64,000 nt of DNA from Mobula hypostoma (lineage: Eukaryota): positions 25,236,001-25,300,000 of the forward strand of contig NC_086097.1 in the NCBI RefSeq assembly GCF_963921235.1. The letters are read 5' to 3'. Below the pieces are notes generated by a model. The model had not been told where the DNA came from and ran no database searches. It worked only from the letters and a program-made list of their open reading frames with translations. Of this stretch, positions 1-12,900 are shown piece after piece (position 1 is the stretch's first letter; every line of letters begins with the position of its first letter). The position numbers were made by a program, and so were the translations under genes.

Positions 1-102
1 AACCTTGAAGTGGATGGGCTACAGCAGTATAAAACCACAGACATACACTCAGTGGCCACTTAATTAGCTGCAGGGGGCACCTAATAAAGTGGCCATTGAG
101 TG
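1..102 (+). mobile_element. 3' end of a non-autonomous Tc1/mariner derivative ending in a TIR-TIR mini-hairpin
   Basis: ACCTTGAAGTGGATGGGCTACAGC (TLKWMGYS, Tc1 transposase HTH region), then TA-CACTCAGTGGCCACT (46-60) and the inverted copy AGTGGCCATTGAGTG ending at 102; same TIR at 30926 and 42288. Confidence 0.75.
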
Positions 103-831
103 CATAGTCCTTTACACAATTTGGGGAAGTCCCAATGGGCTCTGCAGGCCATTAAGTATTTCTATTAGAAGCGACATTACTGTTCTAATCCAGGCAACAC
201 AGCTAGTTTTGCTCAATGAATATTCCACAACAATAGCTCATTCACAAATATGCAAATTGCCATCAAACCACAATGGGGAAAAGGCAGAAAACTACAATGT
301 ATAGTCATGAATAACACAACAGGAAGCTAAAACAACTTCATTCAAATTATCTGTCAAATACTCTGCACTGAGTCATAGCTCCTCTGTATAGGTATAGCCT
401 AGGATATGTATGAGTGTTTCAAACTCTGATTTCTGACAGTTTTCAGTGCAGGCAAACCATGGTCCAAACCAGCTTAGCTTTACTTCCCAGGATCAAAAAT
501 CTCTGTCAAATCTTAATAGCAGAGTACACAAAAGAAGACTCACTTCAGTTATACCACTAGTTTGCATTGTTGATTAAAATGTGAATGGCAAAATATATCC
601 CTAAGCCTATTATGCTGCTGACATAAAAAAGAATTGAAATACTACAGTGTAAGCATATCCTGTGGGGAGTACAAAATTAAAAAATTCATAAATAAAAGCT
701 AGTCACTAATTAAAGCATGTGCAAATTAGGAAAAACATCATCACTAGGAGCTTTGGGAATGTGGAACATACTTAAACGTAGGAATTGATGAGGTAATTGG
801 TGACCCTGCATAAAAGGGAGGGAGGAATGGA

Positions 832-1140
832 AGCAACACACACAAAATGCTGCAGCTCAGCAGGTCAGGCAGTATCTATGGAAATAAATAAACAGTCTAC
901 CTTGTAGGCTGAGTACCTTCTTCAAGACTGAAAAGGAAGATGTCAGAATAAAAAGGTGGGGGTAGGGGAAGGAGGGGAGCTGGAAGGGTATAGGTGAAGC
1001 CAGGTTAGTGGGAAAGGTCAAAGGCTGGAGAGGATGGAATCTAATAGGAGAGAAAAGTGGACTATAGAAGAAAGGGAAAGTGGAGACACCTGGGGGAGAT
1101 GAAGGCAGATGAGATGAGGTAAAAGGTCAGAGAGGAAAAG
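832..1140 (-). mobile_element. Penelope-like element 3' UTR/pLTR fragment
   Basis: GCAACACACACAAAATGCTG...CAGGTCAGGCAGTATCTATGGAAA motif shared with all Penelope copies here, followed by the purine-rich reverse complement of the pyrimidine-rich UTR. Confidence 0.7.
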
Positions 1141-1299
1141 TAAGATCCATTAATAGAATTCATTGCAGAGAGCTGGAAGGCATGGAGTGTGAACACTGTT
1201 GTTTAAAATGCACTGTCCCTGCGCTAAATTCTTAATAATCCTACCACTATTGTTAGTATTCTTTGATAACTTGATTTCAAATTTTGTTGCATATTCATT

Positions 1300-1735
1300 A
1301 GCACCAAGCACCAAAGGGAACCCACTACGGCACAAGCACCATCGATATGTCAACTGGAGGTGCTGCCTCAAGAACACAACATTCACTATCAAAGATCCCC
1401 ACTGTTCAGGCCAAGATATCTTCTCGCAGTGACTATCAGGCAGGAGGTACTGAAGCCTGACATCCCACACCACAAGTTCAGGAACAGCTACTTCCTTTTA
1501 ACTATTCATCTTTGAACCAACCAACAAAACTCTGGTCACTACTGTTTAGCATGATCACTTTCATCACTTTGCACTAAAATGGACTCTTTGTTTTTTCCTA
1601 GTACTGTTCTTTCTTGTAACAATTGAGTATAATTTATATTTGATTTATGTTTTCCTTGTGAATGCTGCTTACCCGATGCTATGTGCATATGATGCTGCTG
1701 CAATTAAGTTTTTTATTTTATCTAGGCACACACCT
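1300..1735 (+). mobile_element. Rex1/Babar-type LINE 3' fragment
   Basis: ATCAAAGATCCCCAC...CAGGCAGGAGGTACTGAAGCCTGA...TTCAGGAACAGCTACTTC (IIKDP.HPG...SGRRYRS...RFRNSYF motif) plus AT-rich 3' UTR. Confidence 0.7.
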
Positions 1736-2411
1736 CAATAAATTTTGGCATTTCCCATTCAATTCAATCTAACATGTGTCATTTAATTAATTTAATAACT
1801 TGATCCATGTCAACCTATCTATACTGATCAGCAGACAGCTGAAGAGTTCAGCAGATTCCAGCCTTGTTCTGATCATCTTTGACAATGCTCTGGCCTGCAC
1901 CATCACTGGGGTAACACAACAGCGTGGCAATTGATATAATGCTATTACAGCATCAACAGTCCGGCTAAGAAACTTATATGTTCTTCCCATGACTACATGG
2001 GTTTCCTCCTGGTGCTCTAGTTTCCTCCCATATTCAAAGACTTATGGGTTAGGGTTAGTAATCTGCTGGCAGGCTATGTTTGCACCAGAGGAGTAGAGAC
2101 ACTTGCAGACTGCCCCCTCTACATCCTCACAGTGTGTTGGTCATTGATGCAAAAACTACACATTTCACCGTATGTTCTAATGTTTCAACGTACAGATGAT
2201 AAATAAATCTAATCATTGATCTTTAATTTTTAATCCCTTTTATTTTTCTTACATTCTCAGCAACTCCCACAAAATTCACATACTGTACGATTCACAAACT
2301 GCATGCCTTTTGGGATGTAGGATCTACACTTAGATCACTTTGCATTAAAATGGACTTCCTTTAGACTCTAATCGGGTTTTTTGCTGTAAATAATGTATGT
2401 AATTGTATGTA

Positions 2412-2666
2412 GGGCAGCATGGTAGTGTAGCAGTAAGCATAACACTATTACAGCACCAGTGACCGGGGATCAATTCATGCCACTATCTGTAAGGAGTTTC
2501 TACGCCCGCCCTGTGACCAAGTATGTTTCCTCCAGGTGCTCCTGTTTCCTCTGACATCTCAACAATGTATGAGTTTGTAGGTTAATTAGTCACATGAGTG
2601 TAACCAGGCAGCATGAGCTCGGGTGAGCCGCAAGGGCCAGTGCTGTATCTCTAAATAAATAAAAAA
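2412..2666 (+). mobile_element. tRNA-headed V-SINE (HE1-like)
   Basis: A-box-like TGGTAGTGTAGCAG, B-box-like GGATCAATTC, V-domain TTTCCTCCAGGTGCTCCTGTTTCCTC, tail TAAATAAATAAA. Confidence 0.75.
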
Positions 2667-2679
2667 TGTAAATTAAAGT

Positions 2680-2815
2680 ACAAACATAGATAATTCTGCA
2701 GATGCTGGAAATCCAAACAACACACACAAAATGTTGGAGGAACTCAGCAGACCAGGTAGCATCTATGGAAAAGGGTAAATGGTCGACGATTCGGGACGAG
2801 ACCCTTCTTCAAGAT
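2680..2815 (-). mobile_element. Penelope-like terminal fragment with degenerate hammerhead motif
   Basis: TCTGCAGATGCTGGAAATCC-AACAACACACACAAAATG...GTCGACGATTCGGGACGAGACCCTTCTTCAAGA. Confidence 0.7.
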
Positions 2816-3559
2816 ATTTAATTTATGTTTTTTTTGTGAATACTGCTTATATGATGCCATACGTTTCTGATGCTGCTGCAAGTAAGTTTTTCATTGCACC
2901 TGTGCATACATGTTTTTGTGCAGATGACAACAAACTTTACTTTGGAAGGAAACCAGATTACCAGGAAGAGACCCACACAGAAACAGGGAGAACACACAAA
3001 TGTTAAGCAGTTCTCAGTCTCTGTCTTAATGCCATTTTGGAAGCAAATTTTCAGCCAGAGCTTCATGGATTTATTCTGTCTCTCTCTTTGCTTTTCAGAC
3101 TTTGCTTTAAAGGCTGATATTTCTGCAAAATCTTGAATTTCCTGTGAAAATTGTGTGTCAATTGAAGCTGTGATACATCTGGTAACATTAAAGATAAATC
3201 CTGATATTCCTGCCGGACGCAGTGAAACTCATCACTTAGAGAACAACGGCTGGTAAAGTTGTATTTTAATTTAATTTGCTAAGTGTTGACTGGTTAAAAA
3301 GGATGAAACACAGATTGTTATTGAGATCGGAGCTGTAAAAACAATTGCAAATTATATTGTCAAATACCTATAAGCACCAATCACAATTCTCTGCATTTGA
3401 ATAATGAAACCATTATCGAGCTGCTGTTGTTTACAAGAAATCTTAAAAGAAACTATTATATAGAACATAGAATATTACAACACAGTACAGGCCTTTCAGC
3501 CCATGATGTTATGCCGAATTTTAAACCTTCTCTAAAATCAATTTGTCTCATTTATTTTT

Positions 3560-4140
3560 CCAAGAAAATTCACCAGTGCCTCTACTTCCTCAGTAGACTA
3601 AAGAAACTTGGCAAGTTCCTTTGATGTTCACAATAAAAGCATCCTGTTGGGATGTGTCAAGGCTAGGTACAGCAACTGCATTGCCCGTAAACACAAAAAC
3701 TGCAGAGAGTTGTTGACAGAGGTCAGCACATCATAGAAATCAGCCTCCCCTCTATGGTCTCTGCCAAACCTACACTTCTCACAGCTTCGGTAAAACAGCC
3801 AACATAATTAAAGAACGCACTTGTCCAGAACATTCTCCTTTCTCCCCCTGTCGTCAGACTAAAGGTACAAAAGCCTGAAAGCATGTACCACTAGCACGAT
3901 GGCAACTTCCCTATTTTGATAACATGAACTTTTGATCTCACAGCCTAACTCATGACTTTGCAAGCATTGTCTACCTGCACTGCCTTTTCTCTGTAACACT
4001 TTATTGTGTACTCTGTTACTGTTTTACCTTGTATTACTGCACTGCACTTTGTAAAGAATTGATCTGTATGAATGACTACTCTACTGGCACAAGACCATTT
4101 TTTCACTGTACCTCAGAACATGTGGCAATAATAAACAGAC
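3560..4140 (+). mobile_element. Rex1/Babar-type LINE 3' fragment
   Basis: CACCAGTGCCTCTACTTCCTCAGTAGACTAAAGAAA (HQ.LYFL.RLKK) and characteristic tail GTGGCAATAATAAAC. Confidence 0.7.
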
Positions 4141-4789
4141 TTACTATTTTACCACTTACCAGTGAAAAGTCAAACACATATCAATGATGAGAAGCCTAGG
4201 AGAATCATAAAATGATCACACCTATTTCACTAATTGGAGGATATACAGTAATTATTTATGTTTGGACGGAGGAACTGAGAAAAGGGAATGGCGTTTTTCT
4301 GGGAAGGACAGTCTCTTGCTCACTTTTACTTGCAATAATGTCTTAGCAATTGTAATCCTTTCAGTAGTTGTCCTTTGGAGTTTTCTTAGTTGCTGTCCCA
4401 ATATGGCTTCCTCTACATCGGGGGAGCACTTTATTGAGCATATTCACTCTATCCGCCGCGAAAGGCAGGATGTACCATCTCAATTCAACTTCCAATTCAC
4501 ATTCTGACATGTCTGTCCATGGACCTCCACTGTCATAATGAGGCCAAACACAGGCTGGAGGAGCAACACCTCATATTGTCTAGGTAGCTTTCAACCCAAT
4601 GCATTAACATCAATTTCTTTCACCTCCAGTAATTGTCTTTCTCCTTCTCTCTTTTTCTTTTCCCCCATTCTAGTTACCCTCTCACTCGCTCTCTTTTCCT
4701 CACCTGTGCATTGCCTCCCTCTAGTTCCCCTCCTCCCCTTTCTTCCATGGCCGATTGTGTTCTCCTATCCTCACAAAACTCCTATGGAT

Positions 4790-5325
4790 TACCCTTATCT
4801 AAGAAAGCATGTGCTGGCTTTGGAGACTGCCCAGAGGAGGTTCACGGGAATGAACCCGGGAATGAAAAGATTATCGTCTGAGAAGTGTTTGCTGGCTCTG
4901 GTCCTGTACTCGTTGGAGTTTTAGAAAATTGAGCGGGGGGATCTCATTGAAACCTATCAAATATTGAAAGGTCTAGACTGAATTGACATGGAGAGGTTGT
5001 TTCCAATATTTGGGGAGTTTTGGACCTCAGGGCACAGCCTGAGAATACAAGAACATCTCTTTAGAACAGAGATGAGGAGGAATTTCTTTAACCAGAGGGC
5101 AGTGAATCTGTGAAATTCATTGTCACAAACAACTGTGGAGGCCAAGTCACTCGGTATATTTAAAACGGATGTTGACGGGTTCTTGATTAGTAAGAGCGTT
5201 GGAGATTATGGAGAGAAGGCAGGAGAATGGGGTTGAGAGGGATCATTAATCAGTCATAATAGAATGGCAGACCAGACTCAATGGGAAAAATGGCCTAATT
5301 CTGCACTTATGTCTTACGGTCTCAT
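4790..5325 (+). mobile_element. CR1 LINE 3' fragment
   Basis: PYLRKHVLALETAQRRFTGMNPGMKRLS...LYSLEF, then 3' UTR GGCCTAATTCTGCACTTATGTCTTACGGTCT. Confidence 0.85.
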
Positions 5326-5477
5326 CAGATATCTTGTTCAACCCTTTACTTCTTCCAACTATCCTCTCCCAATTTCTTACTTCATTCCGGCACCCTTGCC
5401 CACACACCTTCCCCCTCACCTGGCTTCACTTATCACCTATCAGCTTGTACTCCTTCCCTTTTCCCCACCTTATTATT

Positions 5478-5930
5478 CTAGAACATAGAAAGCTACAGCA
5501 CAATACTGGCCCTTCAGACCACAATATTGTGCCGACCATGTAACCTAATCTAGAAACTGCTTCAAATTTCCCTACCACATAGCCCTCTACTTTTCTAAGC
5601 TCCATCTACCTATCTTAGAGTCTCTTATAAGACCCTATTGTATCCACCTCTACCACCGTTGCTGGCAGTGTACTCCACGCTCCCAACACTCTGTGTTACC
5701 GCTGATATCCCCCCTGTATCTACTTCCAAGCACCTTAAAACTATGCCCACTTGTGTTAGCCATTTCAGCCCTGGGAAAGAGCCTCTGGCTATCCACACAA
5801 TCAAAGCTTCTCATCATCTTATACACCTTTATCAGGTCACCTCTCATCCTCCATTGCGCCAAGGAGAAAAGGCCAAGTTCACTCAACCGAATCTCATAAG
5901 GTATGCTCCCCAATCCAGGCAACATCCTTA
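5478..5930 (-). mobile_element. CR1 LINE 3' fragment
   Basis: ORF 5650-6216 segment RMLPGLGSIPYEIRLSELGLFSLAQWRMRGDLIKVYK; tail AGAACATAGAAA. Confidence 0.85.
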
Positions 5931-7164
5931 CTCTGGTTTCTTCTCCCTTCCTTTCTAGTCCCAATGAAGGGTCTTGGCTTGAAGTGTCACCTGTTAATTC
6001 CTTTCGTACAGGCTGCCTGACCTGCAGAATTTTTCCAGCATTTTGTATGTTACTCTGACAAAGCAAGTACACTGTTCTCACTAGGACAGCAAGTTTTCTG
6101 ATTCTATGCATAACTTTTAAAGCAAATGTTAATATTTTTCTACATTGAATATTTGATTCTATCAAAAGCCCGCAATTGCCTGGATTGGTATTCCAATCAA
6201 TTATTGAACACATCAATAATTAATCTGTCTGGTAAAGATCTTTGATCCGAAATATTGACTCTTAATTTCAAGAGGTGCTGCCTGATCTAATGAGTGTATC
6301 CAGCATTTTCTGTTCCTGCTAATGAACACAGAAAATCTCTCCATTCATCTCAAACTTCAACTACCAAAAAATAAGAGTTTGGAAGAAGAATCCACAGCTG
6401 CGTTTGGAAAACAGCACGGCTCCAAGCTGAAATGAAAATTGCTTTTCCCAACTATCTTCTCATAAGAAAAGGTGAGTTTTCAGTCCACTTTCCTGATGGG
6501 ACCGTATTTCCTCTGGCCATTGTCTAGATGCCGATTAGGTTATCTTAACTTTAGTTTTATTTGTCACATGTACTTTGGAACATTGAAACATATTCATTAT
6601 CTCACATTCTCATTATTAATTGCTATTTATTTATATTTGCAGTTGCACAGTTTGTCATCTTCTTCCCTCTGGTTGATCTTTCACTGACCCTGTTACAGTT
6701 ACTGTTCTATAGATTTGTCATGTATGCCACAGGAAATTGAATCTCAGGGTTGTATATGGTGACGTACATGTAGCTTGATAATAAATTTACTTTGAACTTT
6801 GAACATACAATGCCTGAAACATTGTCTCTTTATTCCTCTCCATAGATGTTGCCTGATCTGCTATATTCCTCTATCACTGTGCATGCTACTCTGGATTTCC
6901 AGCATCTGCAGAATCCCTTGTGCTTACAATGAAATGTACTGTTTTGCAACAAGTCAAATCAATGAGGATTGCGTTGAGGAGCCCACAAGTGTCATCAACC
7001 CATATGGAGGAAAGCCACGCAGTCAAGATGAGAACATACAAACTCCTTACACACAGTGGCAGGAACTGAATCCCAATCTTACTTCTGGCTCTGTGAAGTG
7101 TTGCGCTGCCTTGACACTACCTTGCAAATGGTAATTGGTGTACTATTGTCATATGTACCAAGAT

Positions 7165-7402
7165 GGAGTGGCACGGTAGTGTAGTGGTTAGCACAACGCT
7201 TTACAGTACCAGTGACCCAGGTTCAATTCCTGCCACGGCCTGTAAGGAGCTTGTACGTTCTCCCCATGGCCACATGGCTTCTTCCGAGTGCTCCAGTTTC
7301 ATCCTAGAGTCCAAAAATGTACCAACACCGGCCAGTGGGTTAATTAGCTATTGCAAATTGTCCCGTGATTAGGCTAGGATTAAATTGCGGGATTGTTCGG
7401 CA
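7165..7402 (+). mobile_element. tRNA-headed V-SINE
   Basis: GGCACGGTAGTGTAGTGGTTAGC (A box), GGTTCAATTCC (B box), V-domain-like core. Confidence 0.8.
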
Positions 7403-8009
7403 GTGTGGGTGGGTTGGGGGGAGGGGATGGGAGGGGAGGCGAGGGGAAGGTGGGTAGGCAGGTAAACATATAGTGAAAATCTTTGCTTGCTTTCCATCCA
7501 GATAGATCTTTCTGTACATATGTACATCAAGGCAGTACAAAAGGAAAAACAGAATGCAGAATATAGTGTTAAATTTATGAAGAAAGTGCAGTGCAGATGA
7601 ACAAATGAAGTAAAAGGGCCATGGAGAAGTAGACTGAGAGATCAGCAGTTCATCTTATCCTAAGAGGCAAGAGACATGTTCAACAGTCTGAAACTGTCCT
7701 TGAGCCTGGTGGTTTGTGTCCCCAAGCTTTTGTATCCTCTACCTGACTGGAGTGGGAGGGTCCTCAATTATGTTGGCTTCTTTCCTAACACAGTAGGAAG
7801 TGTTAGCAGAGTCAGTGGAGGAGAGGCTGGTATGTGTGATGGACTGGGCTTCATTCACAGCTCTCTGCAATTTCTTGTGGTCTGGGGCAGAGCAGTGTTT
7901 GGAGACCACACTGCCGATATTTTCCCCATTCTTGTCCTACAAGCTGGCAATCTTTTTGTTTGCTCACTGATGCCATCTTCCACTTTTACCATGTTTGATG
8001 CTAATACAA

Positions 8010-8532
8010 ATGCTTGTATATCTGGCTGCATTATGGCCTAATATGGGAACACCAATGCCTTTGAGCAGAAAATCCTACAGAAGGTAGTGGATTCGGCCCA
8101 GTACATCACGGGTAAAACCCTCTCTTACATTGAGCACATCTGCATAAAACATTACCATAGACAATTAGGATCCATCATCAAAGATCCTCGCCACAGAGGT
8201 CATGCTCTTTTCTCGCTGCTGCCATTAGATAGAAGGTACAGGTGCCTCAGGACTCACAACCCAAGGTTCAAGAACAGTTACTACCCCACAACCATCAGGC
8301 TCTTGAACAAAAGGGGTTAACGACACTCATTTAAGGACTCTGTTATATTGATGGATGGTATATTGTTATTTCATGTCCGTTATTTATTGCTATTTATTTG
8401 TATTTGCAGTTGCACAGTTTGTTTACAGTTTACTATTACTGTTCTATAGATTTGCTAAATATGCTCACAAAAAAAATCAGGGTTGGTGTGGTGACATGTA
8501 TGTACTCTAATAAAAAATTTTACTTTGAACTT
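8010..8532 (+). mobile_element. Rex1/Babar-type LINE 3' fragment
   Basis: ORF 8087-8320 SIIKDPRHRGHALFSLLPLDRRYRCLRTHNPRFKNSYYPTTIRLLN; tail TACTTTGAACTT. Confidence 0.85.
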
Positions 8533-8968
8533 CCAATTTTTATTTTCAATAAACTGTACAAAACATAATTTATCTACAATCTGAAGACCACTTTTGAATG
8601 GGAAGCAGATCCTATCTACTGGCAAGTATTTAAGAAAAAGCCCAACATAGAATGTGAATTCACAAGAGAATACAGAGGCTGGAATCTGGAGAATAAGATA
8701 AACTACTGGAGGAGCTCAGCACGTCAGGCAGCATTTGTAAGGGGAAATGGACAGACTACGTTTCAGATTGAGAAAAAGGTGATCCTACCTAGGCCTTTGG
8801 TCTTGAATCTACTTTAAGGGCAACATTTCTAATTTTACTTTATGCAATGTAGGCCAACTGCATCATATTTAGGACCTGAAAATGCTATTGCTTCCCCACA
8901 ACCTTAACTTCCTACTGTAACCTTCATACTTCTAAAATCTTGAGTCTGAAGCCACAGCATGATTTATA

Positions 8969-9300
8969 TAGTACCTATAAAAATATTCACCCCCTCTTGG
9001 AAGTTTTCATGTTTTATTGTTCTACAACATTGAATCACAGTGGATTTAATTTGTTTTTTTTTGACACCGATCAGCAGAAAAAGACTCGTGTCAAAGTGAA
9101 AACAGATCTCCACAAAATGATCTAAATTAATTACAAATATAAAACACAAAATCATTGATTGCATAAATATTCATCTTCTTCAAGTCAATATTTAGTAGAT
9201 ACACCTTTGGCAACAATTATAGCCTTGAGTCTGCTGGATAGGACTCTGTCAGCTTTGCACATCTGGACACTGCAACTTTTCCCCATTCTTCTTTACAAAA
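8969..9300 (-). mobile_element. Tc1-like (IR/DR type) DNA transposon right end with transposase C-terminus
   Basis: Minus strand FCKEEWGKVAVSRCAKLTESYP (Tc1 transposase C-terminus); terminus TAGTACCTATAAAAATATTCACCCCC after TA, inner direct repeat ATAAATATTCA at ~9163. Confidence 0.8.
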
Positions 9301-9595
9301 CATACAGTGAAATGTGTCATTTTGCTTCAACGACCAACAATGTCCGAGGATGTGCTGTGGGCAACCCGCAAGAGTTGCCATCCTTCTGGCGCCAACATAG
9401 CATGCCCGCAATTGACTAACCCTAACCCATACGCCTTTGGGATGTGGAAGCAAACCAGAGCATCCAGAGGAAACCCACATAGTCACGAGGAGAACACACA
9501 TACTCCTTACAGACAGCAGTGGGAATCAAAACCTTATTGGTGATCACTGATGTTATAAAGTCATTGCACTGACTGCTACACTACTGTGCTGCCTT
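9300..9595 (-). mobile_element. V-SINE with LINE-derived tail
   Basis: Reverse complement of V-domain and tRNA head (GGAAACCCACATAGTCACG...CTCCTTACAGACAGCAGTGGGAATC...CTACACTACTGTGCTGCC). Confidence 0.75.
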
Positions 9596-10117
9596 GAGTA
9601 AACCTTGAGTCCTGAACTGTGGAATTTGGTCCTTTCCCTCGTGCATCAACTAAAACAAAAATGTTAAAACAGGAGCTGGTTTAGATGATGAGCATTCTTT
9701 ATTGATGTATTTAGTGCTTTCCTAGTTCCAAGCTCAGTACTTTCATGATAAAACCATCAACATTCAAACAAACCTGCAACTGTTTCTTCTACCTTTTTCT
9801 TACTTTGTACATTTCAGTTCAACAAATGCTAAGCAAAAAAAAACTTCCCATCTCTCTCCTGTCTCTTTGACAATTACTTTAAATCTGTCTCTTTTGGTTA
9901 CTGACTCTCCAACTAGTCCTCAGCTGCTCTTATCAGATGCCATCGTCCTGTAGCAATTTCTCCATCTCGCTGCCTTTTCTGTCAAATCTCATCATGTCAA
10001 ATCCCTCATCTCCCCATCCCAGTTACCAAAACTGCTTCCCTCCAATTTATCAATTATTTTCTTAGAAAAGTCAAATCCACAGTGGTAAAATACAACTTCC
10101 AGGAAATTATGACCATA

Positions 10118-10495
10118 CAACGCCTACAAAATGCTGAAGGAACTAAGTCAGGCAGTATCTTTGGAGAGGAATAAACAGTCAATATTTTGGGCCAAGACTC
10201 TTCATCAGGACTCAAAAAGAAGGGGGAGGGGAGGGGAGAGAGTACAAGGTGAGAGCAGGTGAGGGAGGGTGGGTGGGTGGGTGGGGGAGAAGGGTGAAGT
10301 AAGAAGCTGGGAGGTGATAAATGGAACACATTAAAGGCTGAAGAGGGAGGAACCAGATAGGAAAGGACAACCAAGAGAAAATTTGCAGACGCTGGAAATC
10401 TAGGCAACACACACAAAAAACTGGAGAAAATCAGCAGGCCAGGCAGCATCAATGGAAAAAAGTACAGTTGATGTTTCGGGGCGAGACCCTTCAGC
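10118..10495 (-). mobile_element. Two tandem Penelope-like terminal fragments
   Basis: Terminal motif at ~10120-10212 (hammerhead-like AGTCCTGATGAAGAGTCTTGGCCC on minus) and again at ~10370-10495. Confidence 0.7.
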
Positions 10496-10859
10496 TTTGT
10501 TATATATAATTCTTTATCCTTCATAATTGTTGAATGTTCTTTTTTTGCTCCACGTAGCGCCTTGACCAACACACCACAGCAAACTCCCAATACATGAAAA
10601 GGTATATGCTGAATAAAGTTGATCCTTGATCATTCTCCCCATAACCCCCAAGTTTTTACTGATTAAAAACCTATCCAGTTCTGATGAAAAGTCCTGTTTG
10701 TTTCTCTTTCCAAAGAAATTGCCTTACTAGTTTTGTTTCTATATTTTCTGATTTTATTTCCGATTTCCAGCATCTGTAGTGTTTTTTAGTTTGCAAAATC
10801 TGTCTCTCTCAGGTTTGTATATAACCAAGGACTCTGTCTTCACAGCTTTGTAATACCAT

Positions 10860-11560
10860 GTAAATGGCATTATAAAGAAAGCCCGCCCGCATCTTTACTT
10901 TCTTAGAAATTTGTGAAGATTCGGCATGTCATCTAAAACTTTCAAAGATGAGTGGTGAAAAGTATATTAACTGGTTGTATCACAGCCTGTTATGGAAACA
11001 CCAGTGGCTTTGTACGGAAATGCCTACAAAAAGTAGTGTATATGGCTCAGTCCATCAGGGGTAAAGCCCTCCCCACCACTGAACACATCTCCATGGAGAG
11101 CTGTCGCAGGAAAGCAATCTCTATTAAGGACCCTACTATCGAGTTCATGTTGTCTTCCCACTGTTGCCATCAGGAAGGAGGGACAGGAGTCTCAGGACCC
11201 ACACCACCAAGTTCAGGAACAGTTATTACCCCTGAATCATCAAGCTCTTAAACCTGAGGGGACAACCTCACTCAACTTCACTTACCCATCCCTAAACTGT
11301 TCCCATAACCTATGGACTCACTCTCAAGGACTCTTCAACTCATGCTCTCGATATTTACTGCTCATTTGTTTATTATTATTATTTTCTTTTTTTTCTCTTT
11401 CTTTTTGTATTTGCACAGTTTATTGTTTTTTTCCACATCGATTGTTTGTCCGTCCAACTGGGTGCGGTCTTTCACTGATTCTATTGTGTTTCTTGTATTT
11501 ACTGTGATTGCCCAGTAAATGAGCCTCAGGGTGTACTTTGATAATACATTTACTTTGGAC
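10860..11560 (+). mobile_element. Rex1/Babar-type LINE 3' fragment
   Basis: ORF 10952 VKSILTGCITACYGN...LQKVV..AQSIRGKALPTTEHI; family 3' UTR. Confidence 0.8.
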
Positions 11561-12900
11561 AAAGCAAAACTAAGTTAGAACTTTGGGGCAAAGGTTTCTA
11601 AAGCCTCACAATCATACAGCATAGAACAATACATTACAGGGACTGGCAGCTTGGACCACAATGCTGTGCCGAACCCTCCTTACTTCAGTCCTAAATGGGC
11701 TTTATCTGAGACTGTGCTCCCTGGTCCTACAGTCTCTCATGTGGGAATCATTCTCCCTGCATTCACCCGTCAAGCTCCTTAGACAGTACAGTAGGGCAGC
11801 AGATAGCTCCAGCAACCCAGCTTCAATCCTGAGTACTTTGTACAGTCTCCATGGGCTTTCCAAACGAATGCTCCAGATTCCTTCCGTATAGTAAAAGTGT
11901 GCTGGTTTATAGGTTAAGTGGCCGCTGCAAGATGTAGTTAAGTCGGTGGTAGAAGGAGGAGGATCTTTCAAACATACAAGACAGAATAGGGAATAGACAA
12001 ATAAGTAGATTAAACAGATTCCTGTAGGTGCCAGCATGGATTTAAAGGGCCAAAAGGCCTCATTCTATGCCCTTCAGGAAAATGAGAAATAAGAATTATG
12101 TATTATTAATAAAATAAGCTCTCTTTCAATGCTCCAGTAAACACAGTTCCAATCTGTTCAATATTTTTCATAAAACAATCCCTCACATCAGAGTTCATTG
12201 AAGTGAACATTCTTTGAACTGACTTCAATGATAATTTATTATTGGCACATTGTTTGTTTATTATTGCCATTGGCACCAAGATACAGTGACCATGCCACAC
12301 AACCTCCACCTTAAATAGACCCAATAACTAGGCCACAGATTCACCACGTTCGGGTTAAAGAAATTCCTCCTCATTTATGTTTTAAAGTGCCATTCTTGGA
12401 TTCGGAATGTGACTCTGAAACATTGAAACACAGTGAAATGCGTTGTTTGTGTCAACGGCTAAATAGTCCGAGATGTGCTTTGACACTATGAAGTGTTACA
12501 CTAACTGCGACGCTAACATGCCATCCTTTCCTGATTACCTGCTGAACTCGAATGCTGGCTTTCAGTATTTTATTAAATTAAAAAGGAAACAGAATACAGA
12601 ATATGTAGTGCAGACAGACAAATAAAGTGCAAGGGCTTCTGCGAGATAAATTGGGAGTTCAAGAGTTCAAATATTAGCATATGATGTCCGTTCAAGAGTC
12701 TGATAATGCAGGACAGAACGAGTCGTCTTTGGGGTACTGCAAGTCTGTGTCTTCATTGATGATTTGCTGCATGCTGGAGTGCTCAGTGAGGGGTGCCAAT
12801 GTTTTTTGCTGGTGGGAGGGGTCGTTACTTTTGCTACTGCTTATGCATGGGAGGCAGGAGTTGTGGGAGGGCTTTGGGGTTCTAACAGTTAACTGTCATT

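Larger units (their letters stand above)
4390..6060 (+). mobile_element. Penelope-like element 3' part (GIY-YIG endonuclease remnant plus UTR) interrupted by two CR1 fragments
   Basis: CTCTACATCGGGGAG (LYIGE), EHIHSIRR, RLEEQHLI..LGSFQPN; pyrimidine-rich UTR resumes at ~5325-5480 and ~5930-6060 with a decayed hammerhead region at ~5957. Confidence 0.7.

Noticed and set aside
6398..6477. Plus-strand exon ending at AAG/GTGAGT
   Set aside because: Good donor but weak acceptor, an unrecognisable peptide and no partner exons; cannot be supported.
7165..7240. tRNA gene
   Set aside because: The A and B boxes run straight into a V-SINE body; it is a SINE head, as are the similar sites elsewhere.
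7405..7460. G-quadruplex regulatory element
   Set aside because: G-rich tract at a junction between two repeats; no evidence of function.
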